From assembly GCA_964480705.1 (NCBI GenBank), contig CAYZPC010000002.1, positions 22,254 through 86,253 of the forward strand: a stretch of DNA of 64,000 nt, written 5' to 3'. Numbering within the stretch: position 1 is the stretch's first letter; each line of letters begins with the position of its first letter. The notes under the pieces are model-generated. The model was given only the letters and a program-made list of their open reading frames with translations, ran no database searches and was not told where the DNA came from. This stretch comes from an uncultured archaeon (GTDB lineage Archaea; Iainarchaeota; Iainarchaeia; Iainarchaeales; VGJJ01). The position numbers were made by a program, and so were the translations under genes. Positions 58,238 through 64,000 of this stretch are shown here, piece by piece.

Positions 58238-59377
58238 CTATTGCACGGAATGATAGAGTCGCAGCCATTCGGTGGCAATGGCTTTTTTGCTGTAGTGCTT
58301 GACCCATTTTCGCGCATTCGTGGAGAGTTTTTTCCGAAGTTTGGCGTCTTTTATTATTTTTTCTATTTTTTCAGCGCAGTCTTCCACGTTGTTTGTTTCA
58401 AATAGCAGGCCGCGCTCATTTTTTCCCAATGCAACCGGAATCGCGCGCGCATTTGCTCCAACGACACTCAAGCCGGCAGCCATGGCTTCTAACACATACA
58501 ATCCCTGCGTCTCCATGGGAGAGGGCGCAATGAGAATATGGTTTTGTTTCACCGCGCGTGCCAATTCTTTTCCGCGCTTGGGTCCTAAAAAGTGCACGAT
58601 TGTTTCAATTCCTAATTCGCGCGCCGTGTGTTTTAACGAATCTTCCGCGGGGCCCGAACCAATAATGTTCAATTCCACATTCGAATATTTTTTTCGCAAT
58701 AAAAAAAGCGCTTCCAGCGCCACATCAATTCGTTTCTCAAAACTCACGCGGCCAAAATAACACAACTTAATTTTCTTTCCCCATGCGGCGTTTTTTCCGC
58801 GGGAAAATTGTTCATAATCAATTGCATTGGTGAGCACGTGCACGTTTTTGAATCCGTGTTGGTGAAGCTCATCCGCCAATACGTTTGTTGGCGTCGTGAT
58901 GACATCGCATCGCTTGTAGAAATGTTGCGTGTACACCCACGTGAGTTTTTTCATGATGGGATTGTTTTTGATTTTGGGAATAGGAACATATTCTAAAAAT
59001 TCGGACACGAGCGTGTGAAAGGTTCCCACCACAGGTATTTTTTTTCGCCGAGCATATTGAATTCCTTTCTCCGCCACAAAAAAGGGGGTGTGCACGTGAA
59101 CAATGTCCGCGTGAAAGTCATTGAATGCTTTTTTCGCAGAAGGTGGAATGAGATAGGCCATCAAATAATCCGTGTACGTGGGAAGCGGTTCCGCAGGCAG
59201 CCAAACAATGCGCGTGTTTTTGAGTTGGGGCTCGGGTCCCGGAAATTTTTTGGGTTTAGGAGTGAAAATAATGAAGTGATGTCCCTGCTCCGAGAGCTGG
59301 CTCACCGTGTTGAGGATACTTGTCGTGACACCATTGATTTGCGGCCAGAAAGAATCCGTGAAAATGGCAATGCGCAT
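58238..59377 (-). CDS. glycosyltransferase family 4 (glycolipid synthase-like)
   Basis: MRIAIFTDSFWPQINGV, HVHTPF, TFHT, GRVSFEK, ETQGL..LEAMAAG. Confidence 0.92.
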   Translation of the reverse strand: MRIAIFTDSFWPQINGVTTSILNTVSQLSEQGHHFIIFTPKPKKFPGPEPQLKNTRIVWLPAEPLPTYTDYLMAYLIPPSAKKAFNDFHADIVHVHTPFFVAEKGIQYARRKKIPVVGTFHTLVSEFLEYVPIPKIKNNPIMKKLTWVYTQHFYKRCDVITTPTNVLADELHQHGFKNVHVLTNAIDYEQFSRGKNAAWGKKIKLCYFGRVSFEKRIDVALEALFLLRKKYSNVELNIIGSGPAEDSLKHTARELGIETIVHFLGPKRGKELARAVKQNHILIAPSPMETQGLYVLEAMAAGLSVVGANARAIPVALGKNERGLLFETNNVEDCAEKIEKIIKDAKLRKKLSTNARKWVKHYSKKAIATEWLRLYHSVQ

Positions 59378-59413
59378 GCAGTTTTCATCCCATTCGGGCT
59401 TTTTAATGCGCGG

Positions 59414-60139
59414 TTAGTCCCGCACATCCTCGTATTTTCGTGCCGCTTTCCCCGTGAGGTGGTAGCGCACCCCATTCATGAGGTGAAATCCCACGTATTT
59501 CATGTATCCCCACTTTTTTACGCGGCGTGCGGAAACGTAGTGCTTCAAGTGCGTGTGATAGTGGAGCTTCCCATGTTGCGCGGCGCGCTTTCCCAAATCC
59601 AAATCCTCGCATGTAATATACCGCGTGTCAAACCCTCCAATTGTTTCAAACACATCGCGGCGAATCGCTAAGTTTGAACCAATGGGGTTGTGCATTTTCA
59701 GCACACTCATCAAGCGCAAAAATTTTGGCATGAAGAAGGTGGAAATCCACTGTTCGTTTTCAGACACATCCGAGTAAAACACCGGGCCGTATAGCAGGGC
59801 AATGTCTGCGTTTTTTTCAAATGTGTCGTGGATTTTTTGCACCCAATCTTTGGGAGCGCGCGAATCGGCATCCGTGAATGCGATTATTTTTCCTTTTGCA
59901 ACGCGTGCACCGGCTTGTCGTTCGAATGCAATGCTGCGTTTTTTTTCAATCACTATTTTGTCGGCAAATGGTTTGGCGAGTTTTACGGTGTTGTCTTCCG
60001 AGTTTCCATCCGCGAGAATAATTTCATAGTTTCCAGAAAATTCTTGGTCGCGCAGCGCACGCAAACATCCCTCAATGTTTTTTTCTTCATTGAGCGTGCA
60101 GACAACAATGGAAACATCCATTTTTTTTGCGAGAGGCAT
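59414..60139 (-). CDS. glycosyltransferase family 2
   Basis: VSIVV...NEE, DGNSEDNT, FTDAD, GGFD, EDLDL, SARR; start ATG 60139. Confidence 0.92.
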   Translation of the reverse strand: MPLAKKMDVSIVVCTLNEEKNIEGCLRALRDQEFSGNYEIILADGNSEDNTVKLAKPFADKIVIEKKRSIAFERQAGARVAKGKIIAFTDADSRAPKDWVQKIHDTFEKNADIALLYGPVFYSDVSENEQWISTFFMPKFLRLMSVLKMHNPIGSNLAIRRDVFETIGGFDTRYITCEDLDLGKRAAQHGKLHYHTHLKHYVSARRVKKWGYMKYVGFHLMNGVRYHLTGKAARKYEDVRD

Positions 60140-60207
60140 AATCCAACCACTCGTGAATGGAATTAAAACCCTCTGGAACAAATCCCAAAGAATAGTGATG
60201 CTCGCGC

Positions 60208-61473
60208 TTACGCGAGCAGGACTTTCAAGTAGAACATGGGCGAGATGAAGGACTTGCGTGCTTCTTCATTCACGAGCATTCCACTAATCGTGTCGCGGAT
60301 TTCTTTGCTGCGAGAGGCTTTTCCAATGACCATGTTCAGCAACCACTTGTGTCGGCCCATCTTTTGGAGCAAGTACGAGGTGTGCAACTCGGGTCCAATT
60401 TCTTTCCACAATCGCTCATCATACTGTGCCATATGCTCGAGTGAGAAATTGTTTGTTTTGAATGCTTCATCGATGATTTCCGAAACGTATTTTCCGGATG
60501 TCATGGCGTTTCCCACTCCTTCTCCGGAGAACGGGTCAACCAATGAAGCGGCATCTCCCACCAAAAACCATCCTTTGCCATGTAATTTGCGCTTGAATGA
60601 TCCAAAGGGAAGAGTCCATCCTTTAACATCCGTGAGTTTCGTGGCGTTTTTGAATCGCTCTTTGAACAAAGGGTGTTCTACAATCACGCGCTCGGTTTCG
60701 GCAACCAAGTTTACGCCTTTCTTTTGTCGGTCGGTGGAGACCATTCCTAATCCAACGTTGGCTTTTCCATTTTCGAGTGGAAAAATCCAAAAGTATCCAG
60801 GCATAACAGAGTCAATGAAATGAATTTCAATATTGGGGGACATGCCGGTGATGCCTTGATAGTACACGCGCGTCGCCATGCACAAATGGTCATCGGGAAT
60901 TTTTTCGGCACCCACTTTATTGGCAACAAGTGATGTTGCACCATCGGCTCCAATCACAAACTTGGCGCGGAATTCATGGGCTTCTTTTGTTTTCATGTCC
61001 GTGGCTTTTACGCCTACTACCGTATCGCCTTCCCAAATCAGGTCGTTCACTGTGTATTCTTCTCGCGCGTCCACCATTTTTTTGGTGTGAGAGAACAAAA
61101 AATTATCAAAAACAATTCTTCGGCAAACATATCCGCGTGCTTTTGTTTTTCCTTCGCCGTCTTTCACGGGGAACGGAATTTCGAGCATTTTTCCTTCGGG
61201 TGAAGAGAAAACGAGTCCAAATACTTTGGCCGTGTCTAAGTCTTCCATCTCGTGTTCGATGCCGAGTTCTTTCAGCATTCCCACACTCTTTCCGGAAATG
61301 GCGTCTCCGCAAATCTTATCGCGGGGGTATTTTGCCTTATCCAAAAGCAGGACATTGTATCCTTTTTTGTGCAAAAACATCGCGGTGGAGTTTCCGCCCG
61401 GGCCCCCTCCGACGACGATGACATCATATGTGTTAGAGTCTTTGGCTGTGGAGGTGGCATTTGGTGCAGTCAT
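60208..61473 (-). CDS. geranylgeranyl reductase family flavoprotein
   Basis: VVGGGPGG, PRDKICGDA, GADG, PGYFWIFP, ANVGLG, VGDAASLVDPFSGEG. Confidence 0.92.
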   Translation of the reverse strand: MTAPNATSTAKDSNTYDVIVVGGGPGGNSTAMFLHKKGYNVLLLDKAKYPRDKICGDAISGKSVGMLKELGIEHEMEDLDTAKVFGLVFSSPEGKMLEIPFPVKDGEGKTKARGYVCRRIVFDNFLFSHTKKMVDAREEYTVNDLIWEGDTVVGVKATDMKTKEAHEFRAKFVIGADGATSLVANKVGAEKIPDDHLCMATRVYYQGITGMSPNIEIHFIDSVMPGYFWIFPLENGKANVGLGMVSTDRQKKGVNLVAETERVIVEHPLFKERFKNATKLTDVKGWTLPFGSFKRKLHGKGWFLVGDAASLVDPFSGEGVGNAMTSGKYVSEIIDEAFKTNNFSLEHMAQYDERLWKEIGPELHTSYLLQKMGRHKWLLNMVIGKASRSKEIRDTISGMLVNEEARKSFISPMFYLKVLLA

Positions 61474-61553
61474 AGGAGAAATGCACCCTGGAAAAGAGAT
61501 TTAAAGCGTGGGGGTAGAGCGGCGAAAACGGCGTGAATTATACGAAATGAGGG

Positions 61554-62915
61554 CTACTTAGCCTTCAACTCATGCACTTTGGCGTTCATCACGGCTTCCA
61601 AGTCCTTGAGTTGGCGGATTTGTCCCATGGTGGTGACGAATGTGATGGAAACGCCCTTTTTTCCCTTTCGAGCGGTTCGTCCGATGCGGTGGACATAGGT
61701 TTCATTTTCTTCCGGGAAGTCAAAATTAATCACGTGCGTAATGTCTTCGATGTGAATTCCCCGCGCAGCGATGTTGGTTGCGAGCAATAGAGAATATTTT
61801 CCCTCTTCGAAGTCCGCTAGGTTTCGTTGGCGTTGTACTTGTGACAAGTCTCCATGTATTTCTCCCACGCGGATTCCATTGTGATGCAATTGTCGCGCCA
61901 ACCAATCAACGGTTCGTTTTGTCGAGCAGAAAACAATTCCTTTGGTGATGTTAAAATGCTGAATTAATCCAAGCAGCATTGTCACGCGTTCGCGCGGGTC
62001 CACGTTCAAATAATATTGAGTGATTCCCTCTACTGTTAGAGTGTCCTCGCTCAAGTTGATTTCTTTGTAATCGTGCAAATATTTTTTGGCGAGCGATTTA
62101 ATTTCGGGCGGCATGGTGGCGGAGAACAATAGTGCTTGTCTCTCGTACGGCAATTGAGAGAAAATGGTTTCAATATCGTCTTTGAAACCCATGTCGAGCA
62201 TTTTGTCGGCTTCATCTAACACGGCAAAACGAACATGAGACAAATCCAATGTTCCTCGGCGCATGAAATCCATGAGTCTTCCGGGCGTTCCCACAATAAT
62301 TCCCGGTCCGGCGTGCAATCCTTCGGCTTGCATGTTCATGCTCGCTCCACCAAACACGGCGAGCACTCTAGTGTGCGTGTGTTTTCCAATGTTTTCTAAT
62401 TCATCCCTCACTTGCAGGGCGAGTTCGCGCGTGGGAACCACAATGAGTGCTTGGGGTTTGCGTATGGTTGCATTGACGTGTGTGAAAAGGGGAATTCCAA
62501 ATGCAGCTGTTTTTCCCGTGCCTGTTTTGGCTTGTCCTAACACATTTCGTCCGCTTAAAATATGGGGAATCGTTTCCGCTTGAATGGGAGTAGGATAAAT
62601 GTAGTTGAGTTCACGCAGTCCCTGTTGCACAGCTGGAGGGAGGTTCATGTCGGAAAAGCGCATGCCGCTTTCATGCGGGGCAGGAGAGTGGGAATGCGTG
62701 GGCGAATGAGAAGTGTTTTCGTGCGTTTGCACACTGGAAACGGGCGCGCGAGCCGGTGTTGCGTGCGGAGGAGAAGGTGTTTTTGTTTCCGCATGTGAAA
62801 TAGAAGGAATTTCTCCCGTGTGGGGTTGGGCGAGTGGAATTTTGCTCGTGGAGCGTTTTTGGGTTTTGGCCGTTTTTCCTTTGACGGCTTTGGGGGGTTT
62901 GGAGGCCTTGCTCAT
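61554..62915 (-). CDS. DEAD-box RNA helicase
   Basis: Q motif PTPIQ, AKTGTGKT, PTRELA, TPGR, DEAD, SAT, ARGI, HRIGRTAR. Confidence 0.97.
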   Translation of the reverse strand: MSKASKPPKAVKGKTAKTQKRSTSKIPLAQPHTGEIPSISHAETKTPSPPHATPARAPVSSVQTHENTSHSPTHSHSPAPHESGMRFSDMNLPPAVQQGLRELNYIYPTPIQAETIPHILSGRNVLGQAKTGTGKTAAFGIPLFTHVNATIRKPQALIVVPTRELALQVRDELENIGKHTHTRVLAVFGGASMNMQAEGLHAGPGIIVGTPGRLMDFMRRGTLDLSHVRFAVLDEADKMLDMGFKDDIETIFSQLPYERQALLFSATMPPEIKSLAKKYLHDYKEINLSEDTLTVEGITQYYLNVDPRERVTMLLGLIQHFNITKGIVFCSTKRTVDWLARQLHHNGIRVGEIHGDLSQVQRQRNLADFEEGKYSLLLATNIAARGIHIEDITHVINFDFPEENETYVHRIGRTARKGKKGVSITFVTTMGQIRQLKDLEAVMNAKVHELKAK

Positions 62916-62961
62916 ATGATATCATCCATAGAGAAGAGAACATAAAGGCATGGTCTGCCCC

Positions 62962-63765
62962 TCACCTTTTTTTGGAATGTTTTTTACGCGAGGGAATGGT
63001 CTTTTTCCTCAGCGAAGAGACGTTTGAACGGGTTTTTTTCGTTTGGGTGCGAGAGGGTTTGGTGCGAATGCGTGCAGGGGATGCTTTGCGTGCGCGGGTT
63101 TTCGTTTTCTCTTTCGGCAAAAGGTACGCAGGGGTAATGTGGTGCTGTGCCGAGCGGAGCAGGTGCACAAAATCCTCTACCGGCAATGCCCCCGTAACAG
63201 GGAGGTGATTGATGAGGTAGGTGGGCACGCCCCTCACTCCATTGAGTTTGGCCACGCGCGTGAATTCTTCTACTTGCGCATGATTTTTTTCATCTTGAAT
63301 GAATAAAAGAAATTTTTCGACATCAAAATTAAGTTTGAGGGCGATGCGACGCAGCACGGCGAAAGATGAAATGTCCATCGTGTGTTCAAATGCGTGTGCG
63401 AACATTTCATCCATGTATTGTTCTTCTTTTTTTTCGTGTTGAGCGTACAAAAATCCAATGAGTGCGCGCTTGGAACTTGCTTCATATTTGGGAGGAAAAA
63501 TGAGTATGTTTTCTTTTTCCGCGAGGGGCGTCAGTTGTGCGTACACGTGATGCACATTCTCATGTCCAATTATTTTTTCTTTTTCCACGCGATGGTTTTG
63601 GTTATGCGCGTATAATTCAAACGGCACCCAGGTTATTTTGGTAGGAATGCGTGCGCGCTTCACCGCGTGTTTAATTCGCGCACGTGCGAGATACGACCAC
63701 GGGCACATGAAATCAAAGTAGGCAGTGATGTGCACCGGGTGTGCGTTTGCGTGTGGAGCGGGCAT
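62962..63765 (-). CDS. DsbA/FrnE-family thioredoxin-fold oxidoreductase
   Basis: YFDFMCPWSY, W.PFEL, GVRGVPTY; long basic C-terminal tail; start ATG 63765 (alternative TTG 63780). Confidence 0.88.
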   Translation of the reverse strand: MPAPHANAHPVHITAYFDFMCPWSYLARARIKHAVKRARIPTKITWVPFELYAHNQNHRVEKEKIIGHENVHHVYAQLTPLAEKENILIFPPKYEASSKRALIGFLYAQHEKKEEQYMDEMFAHAFEHTMDISSFAVLRRIALKLNFDVEKFLLFIQDEKNHAQVEEFTRVAKLNGVRGVPTYLINHLPVTGALPVEDFVHLLRSAQHHITPAYLLPKEKTKTRARKASPARIRTKPSRTQTKKTRSNVSSLRKKTIPSRKKHSKKR

Positions 63766-63861
63766 GCTACTCAAAATCAAAGGGTGTTTTTAAGGCCGAG
63801 CAACAGCAACTTATGTATAATACAACGTGTCTTTTTCTTTCCTTACGCGCGTTCCCACTTC

Positions 63862-64000
63862 ATGAAAATAAGTCGCATTCCTTCACACCTGCGTCCGCGT
63901 GAGCGCGCGTGGAGTGTGGGCGTGCAAAACCTTTCGGATGTTGAATTAGTCGCCATTATTTTGCGCTCGGGAAAGAAGGGACGCAGTGCAGTAGAGCAGG
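63862..64000 (+). CDS. radC: RadC/UPF0758 (JAB domain) protein, 5' part; not in the ORF track
   Basis: MKISRIPSHLRPRERAWSVGVQNLSDVELVAIILRSG matches the RPRE...LSD.EL.AI.LR.G N-terminus; runs off window end. Confidence 0.85.
   Translation, partial: MKISRIPSHLRPRERAWSVGVQNLSDVELVAIILRSGKKGRSAVEQ

Overview
Archaeal chromosomal window, most likely a DPANN lineage (Iainarchaeota/Diapherotrites-like). That placement is inferred from gene content and divergence and was not verified. Positions 3.4-45.7 kb are almost all on the minus strand and hold the core information-processing genes: rpoH-B''-B'-A'-A''-eL30-uS12-uS7-EF2-[inserted secreted protein]-EF1A-uS10, a block of surface/membrane genes (LemA, TPM, Pro-rich, S-layer-like), and one continuous S10-spc-alpha superoperon (uL3 to uS2, including secY, rpoD, tRNA-Leu(TAA) and rpoN). 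purF and small membrane genes follow. The usual passenger genes nusA, adk, cmk, cbf5 and rpoK are missing from their normal slots. Positions 46-64 kb are an accessory redox/lipid region: crtB, crtI, a split lycopene cyclase, three glycosyltransferases, two geranylgeranyl-reductase-family enzymes, SOD, DsbA/FrnE, a DEAD-box helicase, the start of radC, and an sdhA-sdhB-aspartase-like operon. The most striking observations are: (1) SdhAB has no adjacent membrane anchor and SdhB has lost exactly the three [3Fe-4S] ligands; (2) substitutions in near-universal motifs of uS12, the RNAP trigger loop/bridge helix and uL3; (3) a candidate two-state RNA switch in the uL3 leader; (4) a dispersed family of short palindromic elements; (5) a eukaryote-like RGG tail on uS5.
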